Shown one piece after another: positions 52,330 to 64,000 of a DNA stretch of 64,000 bases. The stretch comes from Eledone cirrhosa. Taxonomy: Eukaryota. The position numbers and the translations under genes are program-made. The stretch covers positions 331,328,001 to 331,392,000 of the forward strand of contig OZ024741.1 of assembly GCA_964016885.1 (NCBI GenBank). Reading direction: 5' to 3'. Within the stretch, counting starts at the first letter, position 1; each line of letters begins with the position of its first letter. Below the pieces are notes generated by a model. That model made no database searches. It was not told the origin of the DNA and was given only the letters and a program-made list of their open reading frames with translations.

Positions 52330-54090
52330 TAATAGCGCAACTAATCAGAGAGAGAATTGATCTAGATGAAATGCAGTTCGGGTTTGTGTCAGGCAAAAGT
52401 ACCACAGACGCTCTTTTCATTGTACGACAACTACAGGAGAAGTACCTAGCTAAAAGTAGACCCCCATACTTAGCTTTTGTCGACTTGGAGAAAGCCTTCG
52501 ACAGAGTCCCCCGTTCCATTATCTGGTGGGCTCTTAGAAAACTAGGTGTTGAATGGCTTGTGAGAGCCATATAAGCCATGTATAAAGAAACAGTCAGCAA
52601 GGTTAGAATTAACAACGAATATAGTGAAGAGTTTAGCGTAAAAGTTGGTGTCCATCAGGGCTCTGTTCTTAGCCCCCTACTATTTATTATTGCCCTTCAG
52701 GCTATAACAGAGGAGTTCAAGACCGGCTGCCTATGGGAACTCCTATACGCAGATGATCTAACGCTCATAGCTGAATCAATGGCCGAGCTAGAGAAGAAAT
52801 TCCAAGCATGGAAGCACGGCCTAGAATCAAAAGGCCTTAAAATTAACCTAGCTAAGACTAAAGTTCTAGTTTGTAAGAAAGAAAATAAGGCGGCGGTCCC
52901 TTCCGGGAAGTGGCCATGCTCAGTGTGTAGGAAAGGCGTAGGTAGAAACTCCATTTTATGTCCCAAATGCAAAGTATGGGTGCATAAAAGATGTAGTGGG
53001 ATCACAGGTAAGCTAACTAAGAACATAGATTTTACATGTGGCCGGTGCTCTGGTGCAATAAGTAGCAGCAAGTGCCCACAAAATAATAGCTCTTTCAATT
53101 GCGTTCTATAGAAATAGTGGACAGCTTCCGTTACCTGGGTGACAAAATTAGCAGTGGTGGAGGGTGCTCTGAAAGTACAGTAGCTAGAGTCAGAACTGGA
53201 TGGAAAAAGTTCAGAGAGCTTATACCACTATTAGCCGCTAAAGGGTTCTCCCTAAAAATGAAAGGCAGGTTGTATGATGCCTGCATACGAACAGCAATGT
53301 TGCATGGCAGTGAGACCTGGGCATTGTGTGCAGAGGATATACGCAGACTAGAGAGGAACGAAGCTTGCATGCTCCGCTGGATGTGTAATAGTAATATACG
53401 TGAACGACAAAGCATAAACGAACTAAGGAAAAAATTAGAAATAAGAGGGATCAGATGTTGTTTACTCGAGAGAAGGCTACGTTGGTATGGTCACGTGATG
53501 CGCATGAAAAACGACGGCTGTATAACAAAGTGCAGGGCAATAAAGATAGATGGTAGCCACGGAGCAGGCAGACCCAGAAAAACCTGGGACGACCTGATAA
53601 ATTCCGACCTCACACACTTACACCTCTCCAAGACAATGTCACTGGACCGAGACCTTTGGCGGTACTCAGTAATAGAGAAGACCCGCCTTACCTAAATACA
53701 AAGTAAAACCTACTACAGTCAGTAGGCATCTCTAACAAAATACACCCCCGTCCCACCTTCCCCCACCCCATCCACACCGCCCCTTTCAATGTAAAGTTAT
53801 GTTGGTGCCACAACATCCAGGCCGAAACAAATGAGATCGTGTAGGTGTCACGACAAAAAAACACACAGTCCACGCTGTAATGTGGCCGTGTAGGCAACAC
53901 GGTAAAAACCTCCCAGCCCCACACTGTAAATGTGGTTGGTGTTAGGAAGGGCATCCAGCTGTAGAAAACCCGCCAGACAGTCCTATGCTAGCAATGACAA
54001 CCACTCTTGCCTCAAGTGGGAAAACTCCCGTCCAAACCCATGCAAGCGTGGAACATGGACGTTAAACGATGATGATGATGATGATGATAT
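52330..54090 (+). mobile_element. RTE-clade LINE, 3' portion with 3' UTR and (GAT)n tail
   Basis: ORFs 52371..52574, 52578..53111 and 53099..53695 carry the same RT motifs plus CxxC...CxxC...HxxC...CxxC. Confidence 0.9.
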
Positions 54091-56355
54091 ATATATAAGG
54101 ATAAAAGATGAAATCGAAATGCAACTGGAGTCTTTTTATTTTAAATATATATTTATTTGGTTCCTTTACTGGTTTCGCAGTTCTTCTGCTTTTCAAAAGT
54201 AGAATTGAGATGGAGGGTCTGTGGTTTTTCTCACATCTGGTTGGTCTTTGAATGTTACTTCTGTTTTATATGGAAAAAAGTGGCTCGAAATGAAGGGTGT
54301 TTTTCCATATATGAGTGAAGTTTGGTTGGTTGATGCAGTCATGTGAATAGGCACATCAGCTTTCGCGCCAGTTTGTGTTTGAATTTTTTTTTACTTAAAA
54401 AAGGTGACTCATGAAGGCTTTTTTTTATAAATGTAATTTGATTGGTTATAAATGAAATTATTAAATTTCGCGCCTGTATTTTGGAATTTTTTTGTAGCCA
54501 TTTAGAGAATTTTGTGCCAAACAGAAAATAATTGTTTCTACTTTTTGGCACAGAAAATAATGGTCAAGAAAAAGGGATGGAGAGAGTTGTTCTGAGTATG
54601 ACTGATGTGCTGAAATGTAATTTGATTGGTTATAAATTAAATTATGACTGTCACATGAACAAGTACATTAAATTTCGCACTGTATTTGGGAATTTATTTT
54701 GTAGCCTTTTAGAGAATTATATGACAAACAAAAGATAATGGTCAAGAAAAACAGGATGGGGAGAATTGTTCTGGTTCAGTGAATATGGCTGGTGCGCTGG
54801 GGTGTCAGAATTCAGACTTTCTATTGAAATAAAGAAAGTAGAGATATGTATGTTTATTTGTGTGCTTGTGTGTGTAGGAAGATGATTCTATTAGTAGAAA
54901 TGGTGGAGGCAGTTGTGTGTGTGTATGGGTGTTATGTGCGTGTGTATGTGTGTGTAGGAGTATGGTTAGCATGTTAAGATGGAGAGAATATATATATATT
55001 TTTTTTGTGTGTGTAGCAAAAATGATTCTATTAGTAGAAATGGGGGCGGGAGTTGTGTGTGTATGTGTATGGGTGTTATGTGTATGGGTGTTAAATGTGT
55101 GTGTTTATGTGTGTGTGGGAGTATGGTTAGCATGTTAAGATGGAGAGAATATATATATTTTGTATGTGTGTGTGTAGGAAAATGATTCCATAAGTAGAAA
55201 TGGGGGAGGGAGTTATGTGTGTGTGGTGGGTGTGGTTAGCATGTTAAGGTGTTAGAGTATTAACGTATGTTAAGGTTTATTTAGTTCTGGTTTTTTATTT
55301 TCTAAAGTAGGTGTTATGTGTGTGTGTATGTATGTGACTGTTTGGATGGTTAGCATGTTATGGTGTTGACATAATGTATATTAATATATATATATACACA
55401 AAGGTTGGCTGAAAAGTTCATAGGCTGACCAAAATACTCTCATGGAATGACCAAACGAGGTTTATTTCTCAACATAGTCCCTGGAAAGAAACCATGCAGT
55501 GATTAATAAGAAAAGTTGAAATTAATACATGCAAGATTTCACAGCTCTAGCATGATTCCTTCATAGTCATAAACAGCCTATGAACTTTTCAGCCAACCTT
55601 TATATATCAGGATTGTGATAAAAGGAAGAGCTAAGCTTTTGATAATTCAAAGCTTACAGTGCACTGGAGCAGAGAAATGTATAAAACAGGCATGGATTAT
55701 AATCAATACACAGTAATGTTATATTAGTAAATTCTGCTTCTTACAGCATCACATGGGGTCATATTAATTATTCTTTCTTCAACTTTGCCCTATTTTCCTC
55801 TTTATAGTCATTCCTGAGAGACCAAACTGCATTTTAGGTAAATAGTTTAGACTAGCATAGAAGTTTAAATTGAAGAATCACCTCTTAAGAATTATTATGT
55901 ACAGCTAGAAACAATATAGCTAATAAGATGAATAAATATTTCATTAATATAATTGCTGTCCAATCTCGCAGGAAATAGTTGATGGTTTAAACAGAGCCCT
56001 TAATTGGAGAAGGGGATTACGGGTGGGGATGGGGGTAGGGAAGGGAGAGAGAGGTCATGGCAAACCACATTTACATCCTGCCTCGCTTTTGATTTCTGAT
56101 TGCAGCCATTTCACTTGACTTATGTTACTAATACCTGCAGGAATCACATGAAATATTCTTAATCATGAGGAATTGAGAAATATATGAGAGTGCACATGTA
56201 TGTGTGTGTGTGTGTGTGTGTGTGTATATCATCATTGTTTAACATCCATTTTCCACTAGCATAGGTAGGATGGTCCCTACCTGTCCCTATGTGAAAGATC
56301 ATGTTGAGGGACCATGATTCACTCATGCAGAACTGATTTTGGCTTGATTTCTACA

Positions 56356-56486
56356 TATTTTATTATAGAAATGATTTCTACAAGACTAGAACTGTTTCAT
56401 TTATAAGAAATCATCAGGACTTTCCTGATGATTTCCTATGAATAAAACAGTTCTAATCCTGTAGAGGTAATTTCTATAATGAAATA
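56356..56486. ncRNA. Inverted pair of degenerate hammerhead motifs, same family as 19441
   Basis: ...GTTTCATTTATAAGAAATCATCAGGA-CTT-TCCTGATGATTTCCTATGAATAAAACAG...; CTGATGA-TTTC...(G/A)AAAC...GTA on both strands. Confidence 0.5.
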
Positions 56487-57326
56487 GGTATGCCTATACT
56501 CTTACCATGACTACCAACATTATGTTTCTTATTCAAGAGAGCATTTAAATATAAGTTGAAAGCAGAGGCAATGGAAAATAGTTCCAGCTAGATCCTGTCA
56601 ACAAAATCTCCATATGGTGTAAATACACAGCAAGTCTCCAATTTCCGAATAGCTAAATGTCAGCAGAAGGGTACCCAGTAATCATAATCTGGATGCAGCC
56701 TGGCCCCCTTAGAGTGTAAGAAGGTAAGGGCCGAAACACTCGCTTGAGGAAGTGGGGTTCTTCTCTGATGACCTGCTGTCCAGCTCTCCCGAGTTTTTCT
56801 TACTCCTACTAACAAATGGAGTACCTTTTTTAACTGCGGTTATCTCCTGATACACATTGGGAATACACCTATATACATATATCATCATCATCATCAACAT
56901 TTAATGTTGTTTTTCCATGCTAGCATGGGTTTGACAAGTTACCCCATTGTGCAACAAGGCAGATCAGATGACTGAGTCTTGCTAATACAGGACTGATTTT
57001 TGGCTTGGTTTCTATGGTTATATATATCATTCATGCTAGCAATAGTTTTACAACCTAACAGTACTTATGTACACATTCATGCATTAACCACAGCTTTTCT
57101 ACATATATATCAATACACACACACATATACACACATACATACATATGTATTCATACTTTGGGTAGGTCATGTTATCAATATAGACATATGCATCAGTGCA
57201 TGAGTATTTTTTGTCAACATGACTCTCTCAAAATATAACAATATCTGTTTCAACACATGATTTCACATCAAGACTTTTGCAAAACAATTACAAAAACAAT
57301 GTCTCTCTCTCTTTCTCACTCTCTCC

Positions 57327-57364
<38 letters not shown>

Positions 57365-58105
57365 GGCTAATGGAGGCACATGGCTTAGTGGTTAGAGCAT
57401 TGGCTTTGCAATCGAAAGGTTGTGAGTTCAATTCTCAGACCGGGTGATGTGTTGTTTCCTTGAGCAAGACACTTTATTTCACATTGCTCCAGTTTACTGG
57501 GGTCCCTATCATTCCTCTGCAAAGTGGTCGTGTAGGTGCCACGCCAAAAAAGCACCCAGCACTCACTGTAAATGAGGTTGGTGTTAGGAAGGGCATCCAG
57601 CTGTAGAAATCAAGCGAGAATCAGTTCCCGTCCTACCCTTGCAAGCAAGGAAAAACGGACGTAAAATGAAATGATGATGATGATGATGATGAAATGATAT
57701 ATATATGTATATCTATATATATATATTGTTATACTTTGCGAGGGTCATATTGCCAATAAAAACACACACACCTGGCAACATGACCCTCCCAAAGTATAAC
57801 AATATCTGTTTCAACATACGTTTTCAGATAAGAAATCTTGCACAACAAATTCTAAAACGAATTATATATATATACACACACTCATATATGTGTGTTTGTG
57901 TGTGTTTGTGCATATATATATATATATAAGTTAAAACAATCAAGTCATTAGAGATATACTTCACTGCTTTACGATCGTTTCTAGATGGTGATAATACATT
58001 GTATCTATACTCAGTTATTGATCTATGTAAGTTTACAAACTATCAGATAGAGAGAATATTTACTTACATGCATATCACCAGCTGTTTTCAAAAGCAACTA
58101 CCAGA

Positions 58106-58239
58106 TTGCTTTTGAAAACAGCTGGTGATATGCATGTAAGTAAATATTCTCTCTATCTGATAGTTTGTAAACTTACATAGATCAATAACTGAGTATAGAT
58201 ACAATGTATTATCACCATCTAGAAACGATCGTAAAGCAG
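58106..58239 (+). ncRNA. Variant hammerhead ribozyme (U3-A8 core, ~100-nt stem II), with an identical copy on the minus strand
   Basis: TTGCTT-TTGAAAA-C-AGCTGGTGAT...ATCACCATCT-A-GAAAC-GATC-GTA^-AAGCAG; arms 57938-58097 and 58106-58265. Confidence 0.55.
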
Positions 58240-59362
58240 TGAAGTATATCTCTAATGACTTGATTTTTTATTTCATTGTTTTAACTTATATCATGACTCT
58301 GTTTTCCTTTTAATGTTTTATTGTTTTCTGAGATTTATCTTAACCTACAACATTTTCAACATATGGATTACATTGAGTTCTTCATGCAGAATAGACCCCA
58401 CAACTTACAGTGGATACCTCTGTGCATATATATACAAATATAAATTTAGCGAGAATCGCATTTCGGCGGGTAGAAATTAGCGAAACGCAACTTCCTTATT
58501 GTGCAGACAAGCGCTCCATGGATATGAAGAAGATACCAGAGCTATAGCATAAGTTAAAATGGTCATACATGCTGAGACGATGGTTAAGAAGCCATTAACC
58601 ACCTTAGCCAAAAAAGCGAACAAGCTAAACGGGTCAAACAAAATGAGATATGATTGAAATAGTTACCCGGACCCTCGGGGAAGATGGAATACTCCGAATT
58701 TGGGTTTCTGTGACACCTAAATCAATAATACTGTCTGCTTATAAAAAATAAGCTTTTGGTATAATGATCGAACAAGGCATCGCTTTCTCAACAGGCATTT
58801 TGTTCTTCGTGGGCCAGAATCTCACAGGTTATGAAAGCACATGTGAGGTTCTAAGGGGAGAAAACCCCTATTTTGGCCAGTGAATTCAGCGTGTGTAGTT
58901 ATTGCAAAAATTTGCAAAAATAGCACAAAACGAATAATATATATATATATATAAAAGCAGACGTAAAATGATGATGATGATATATATATATATATGTGTG
59001 TGTGTATGTGAGTGTCTATATATATTCAATTGTCAATTCCATTTTTCCAGCTTCTCTGCTGCTCCACATTCATCCTCCATATCTCACCCCATAAATCAGA
59101 ACACTTTAACATGCCACTCAGTTTCACAGAAATTCTTCTATGCACCTCACACTCTAGCTACTATCCCCAAGTCTGATTCACCTTCTTAATGTAAAATGTC
59201 TCTAAATCAGTAAAACGTTTTCACACCTTCCATTTTCCCACCATTTCTAAGATCTAGATCAACATCTTTATCTGCAGCACTCCCCCATTTCTCACATTAA
59301 CTTAGAAGTTCCTGTCACATAATTTATATATTCTTGATGTACTATCATACACACACACACAT

Positions 59363-59458
<96 letters not shown>

Positions 59459-59709
59459 CATCATCATCATCACTGTTTAACATCCATTTTTCTATATTAG
59501 CATGGGTTAGACCAGTTGTCTCATTGTGAGACAAGCCAGGTCAGATGATCAAATCTTGCTCATACAGAACTGATTTTGGCTTGGTTTCTACACGACCACT
59601 TTACAGCATGGACTGAGTGCTTTTTGTCATGTCACCTACATGACCATTTTACAGCGTGGGAGCAGGAGGGGGAATGTAGTGCGCACAAGATGTTTGCTTC
59701 AACCTTTGC

Positions 59710-60240
59710 ACATGGGAAGGTGGCTTTTCTGTATTACTGCATAACACCAGAGATTTCAATCCTGGTCATCGCCTTCAAGAGGTGCAAGTGTATAAGGTCA
59801 GCTGTTATCACCTCATCCCAAGTCTTCCTACGTCTTTCTACATCACAGCTTCCATCAACTTTGAGCACCCTGCACCTTTTTATACAGCTGTCATCCTTCA
59901 TACGCATCACATGTTCATACCAATGCAATCTCCTCTCCTGCACACTGTTTCTGCTCACTCATATGCCCACTTTTTCTCTCAATCCATTTATATTACTATT
60001 ACACATCCATCAACACCCAGGTCTCATTACCCTGCAACATTGCTGTTCATATACATGCAACATACAATTTGCCCTTCAGTTTGAGGGAAAAACTTTTTGT
60101 GCTTATCAGTGGTAGTAACACCCTGAACTTTCTCCAACCCATTCTCACTCTGGCTACAGTACTTTCAGAACACCCACCTCCACTGCTAATTTGGTCACTC
60201 AAGGTAACAGAAACTATCAACTACTTCTATCAAGCCCTCT
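59710..60240 (-). mobile_element. RTE LINE C-terminal fragment
   Basis: ERRLHWYEHVMRMKDD...KTWDEVI; similar to 53100-53695. Confidence 0.8.
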
Positions 60241-60299
60241 GGTCATTTAAATGAGTTAGTATCTCTGGGCTCTTGCTACTTACTGCACCTGTACAGTGA

Positions 60300-61010
60300 C
60301 CACATATAAAACCTGTGATAGACCTGGTGAAGGTGAGGGCAGGATGAAAACACTGAACAAAAGAAAGGATTTGAACTGTTCAGGGGAGAGAGAGGTGGCA
60401 CTGATACAATCGTTGATGTAATGACTGTATGACTCAGGGGTCAGACCAGTGTACTGGGTGAAGATCATGGCCTCAACATAGCCAACAAATAAGTTGGCAT
60501 AGTTAGGGTCCATTCTTGTACTCATGGCTACCCCAGAGACTTGTTGGTAAAATTCTCTTGAAAAGGAAAAACCATTAAGAGTGAGAACAAGCTCAACAAG
60601 GTGGAGAAGAGTAGAAGTACTAGGATAGGGGGTAGGGCATAAACTTAAAAAATGCTGGAGAGCATGGAGACTGTCATTGTAACGTAGAGAGAGTTAATGT
60701 CCATGGTAAAGAGAAGGTGAGAGGGACCAGAAGAGAAGGAGTCAAACAGTCAAAGAGCATGTCATCGCGGCGTTGTAGGCTGCGCAGAGCAGAGAGTTCA
60801 GCCTGAGTAAGGTTGATGCAATGAGGGTGCTTCTGGAAATTGAAGTGGTTCAAAGTACATTGACAAGTTTCTACAGATGTATCAAGGGAGCCGAACTGCT
60901 CAGAGCTTGGCATCCACTGTGATTTTTCAGCAGCTGAGACTTGTGAAATAGTCTGTTTGGGCTGATGATGGTGTATTGTAAAAAAATGCCTGAAGCCTAA
61001 GGCAACATAA
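60300..61010 (-). mobile_element. Penelope-like RT fragment (Neptune/Poseidon-type), decayed
   Basis: GVAMSTRMDPNYANLFVGYVE...YINDC; upstream LTQAELSALRSLQRRDD. Confidence 0.75.
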
Positions 61011-61630
61011 GAACTGTTCAGCCTCAGCACATGTTCGGAACTCATCACAAACACACACACACACATATATATATATAAACAAACATTAAATGTTGATGAG
61101 GATGATGATGATATATATATGTGGGTGTAGATGTGTATGTAGTGATTTTAGCTTGTAAGACATTGGAAAATTTGAATAACCAGATTTCAGAATATTAATG
61201 CATCATTGAAAACAATATCACACAACACTAAGGTAAATGGTGATATGCCATTTCATTGTCATAACTTTAAGATAAGCAGTTGTGCTCTGCTGTATCACAA
61301 TTAAAACTTTAAGACAAGCTGTGCTCTACTGCACCACTGTCATAACTTTAAGACAAGCATTGCACTGCTGTATCACAGTCATAACTTTAAGATAAGCAGT
61401 GGTCTGCTGTATCACAGTCATAATAAGACAAGCAGCAGTATGCAATAATATATACAGTTCAGTTAAATCTATGATATTATAGAAAAATCATACCCTAAAA
61501 CAAAAACTATATTGAGTACTGATGCAGAACATACATACATTCACACACACACACTCACACATATATATAAAGATAATATATTTTATATATACATACAAAC
61601 ATACATACATACAAGCATACAAACATACAA

Positions 61631-61669
<39 letters not shown>

Positions 61670-62113
61670 CATAACTTTCTTTGCAGTTCATACAAACAGA
61701 TTACATCAGTTTCTTTCTGTTTGCATAGTTGTATATATTTTTCATACATAGTTTGTATATATTGTATATATTGTTTATACATCCATTTTGTCCATAATTC
61801 ATGTCAATATTCTTTACCAAAAAACACACAAAAAAAAACAACAAAAACAAGAAACAAAACAAAAAAACATAAAACAAACGTAAAACCAAACACAGAGAGG
61901 CTGATATGATGAATCGAGATTTCTAAACATTTCAAAGAAGCTATTTCTTTGAAACATTATAGGTTTTGATTCATGAGACTATTTGTTTGTTTGCTTGTTT
62001 GTTTGGGTGTTTTTTCATATTACTTTCAATATAGACAATCTGAAAAATGACATTGTGTTCAATAAACTATAGTCAAGATTTTTCTGAAATAATCTTTATT
62101 GAATCTTTTGCAG

Positions 62114-62214
62114 CACTTCGGTTTCCAAAAGATGTCCCTCCAGTTGAAACACTGTTTGAGAACAAGAACATACTTCACACTGTAAATCTTGCTAAAGGTA
62201 CAACAAATCTATGA
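62114..62214 (+). CDS. Candidate last protocadherin exon B (A-LRFPKDVPPVETLFENKNILHTVNLAKGTTNL*)
   Basis: Acceptor gaatcttttgcAG; open in phase 1, matching the 38381 donor; lies in non-repetitive sequence, with ATTAAA about 40 nt after the stop. Confidence 0.3.
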
Positions 62215-63685
62215 AATGAACTGAACTGCAGCAGCTTCTTATCAAATACATATTAAAAGAAAGGAAAATTAATATTTACATATTTACAATATAAGGTCTT
62301 AAGTTATGGTTTTTCAGATATGTGTTTACATCTTTGGAAATTCTATATAGGAAAAAGGAAAAATGGTATTCGTTGAATTCCATCTGTCTTTCTCCGCCCC
62401 CTCTCTCTTTCTCTTTCTGTATATATATATATATTTATATATACACTTACACACACACACATATATATACACATACACAGACATAAAACATACACATATA
62501 AACATAAATATATCTAAACACACAAACATACATATATATATAAACAAAACATTCATACATATTCATACATATACATACATATATATAAATAAATATTATA
62601 TAAATAAAAAAAAACACACACACATATACATACATACATAAATATAGGCTATATTTCCTTTGCAAGGATAGTGGACGGGTGTTTAAAATGCATTTTAGCA
62701 TCATAGAAGAGCCAGATAGTAACACTGAAGCAACATCTTCAACAAAGGAAAAAGCTCAGTGTTCATCTTGCCCAAGTTTATGAACATGAAAATAATAATA
62801 TTGTTAGGATAACCACTGATCTAGAGGAGAGACAATAAATAAAACTGATACAAATCTCTCTCCCAGAAAAAACTGGAAAACCACTTAATGCGTGAACAAA
62901 ATAAAAATAGACCAGTTCACTGAAAAGGTTGTACATTGGTACATGAGACAGAAAACATAGATCATATGGAGGGTAAACTATATTAAAAGCCTGACATGGA
63001 GTTCTGACAAATTCATAAAATTCAACCTTGAAGGATACCTCCATACAAACCAGGAACAAGAAATATCCACCAAGTACCTACTACACAAAAGAGAAAAGTT
63101 ATTAGTTAATAAATGTAAACTGTGCAAAACAAAGATTGAAGATGTTAGTCACATTATTGCCAACTCTGAAAGAATGTTTTATGACTATCTTCCTGTGAGG
63201 CATGATGTGGTAGCCTGAACAATCTGGAATGCATTATGGAAAATAACAACAGAGACTGATGGCTCAAAATAATATTGGTGGAACCTAGAAATAAAAACTG
63301 CCAACAAATTAAAACACCTGGCCTGATATTGTTTAAGACCACACACTAAAAACATGCTCTGTTGTAGAAGCCAGCTGCATACTTGATGTCAATGTAATAA
63401 GAAAAATACAAGAGAAGGAGAATACCTATGGACAATTGATGAGGAATTTGCCGATCCAGTATCCAAGATACACATTCAATTTCATACCTGTTATTATTAG
63501 AGTTATAAAATATATACCAACTCGCCTGGAGCAAAGTATGATTGAACTTGTATTTGTGAAGAAAGAACACAGCTAAATTGTTTGGTCAAGCAATGCATTC
63601 ATGTTCAATGTTAGTTGTGGAAAAGGGTGTCAGTCGCTCATGGACTGTTGTAGTAGGACAAGACACATCAATAGAATGGACCTTG

Positions 63686-63947
63686 TTAACCCTTTTGGTA
63701 CCAACCCACTTGAAACTGCCCTTCTAACATACAAAGCCATTTGTTTTAAAGTGTTTATATTTATCTAAAAATACCTTCTGTTATAATCTTATGTAAGAAC
63801 TTTTGTTTGTATATATTCCAAACACTAACTGAATAATGAGAAAGTTTGTCATATTACTAAATCCAATCAAATTCTTGATTGTTCGCAAAATGATTTGAAA
63901 ATTATAGGCAGTGTATTTCTTTATAAATATAGTAACGAAAGGATTAA
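63686..63947. mobile_element. Second TTAA-flanked MITE family
   Basis: TTAACCCTTTTGGTACC...GTAACGAAAGGATTAA; related copies at ~27360-28060 (interrupted), ~39870 and ~43210-43490. Confidence 0.55.
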
Positions 63948-64000
63948 ACTTATTTGCTCTTTCTATGATACTATATGAGTAAATCCAAAGACAGATATTT

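Noticed and set aside
56720-56790. GAAAC followed by CTGATGA, a possible type II hammerhead
   Set aside because: Stems I and II cannot be formed and there is no correctly placed UH; the overlapping 63-aa minus ORF has no recognisable motif.
58188-58236. Alternative short hammerhead reading CTGAGTA-TAGAT...ATCTA-GAAAC
   Set aside because: C3·U8 mismatch and no stem I; the long form starting at 58106 satisfies all three stems.

Overview
AT-rich, microsatellite-laden animal DNA. The protocadherin type and the SINE/RTE repertoire point to a coleoid cephalopod, most likely Octopus (inference). One host gene is visible: a + strand protocadherin. One 2.4-kb exon (acceptor before 28573, ATG 28598, donor after 30979) encodes the signal peptide, six cadherin repeats, the TM helix and the start of the tail. 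A phase-matched cytoplasmic exon follows at 38237-38381, and there are two candidate last exons. The rest is transposon debris: RTE, R4/Dong-like, Tx1-like and CR1-like LINE fragments, Penelope-like (PLE) RT and GIY-YIG fragments, a TIR-complete Tc1/mariner element, MITEs, Helitron-like ends, three SINE-like families and minisatellites. Two patterns stand out by eye. First, eight type-I hammerhead ribozyme motifs from about seven sequence families occur, most of them at or near the apex of an inverted duplication next to (TA)n; one has a U3-A8 core and a ~100-nt stem II inside a perfect 160-bp palindrome. Second, two inverted copies of a ~140-nt element bracket the protocadherin coding exon, a layout that could drive circRNA formation or ADAR editing. 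All pairings, alignments and coordinates were worked out by hand, and TE boundaries are approximate.
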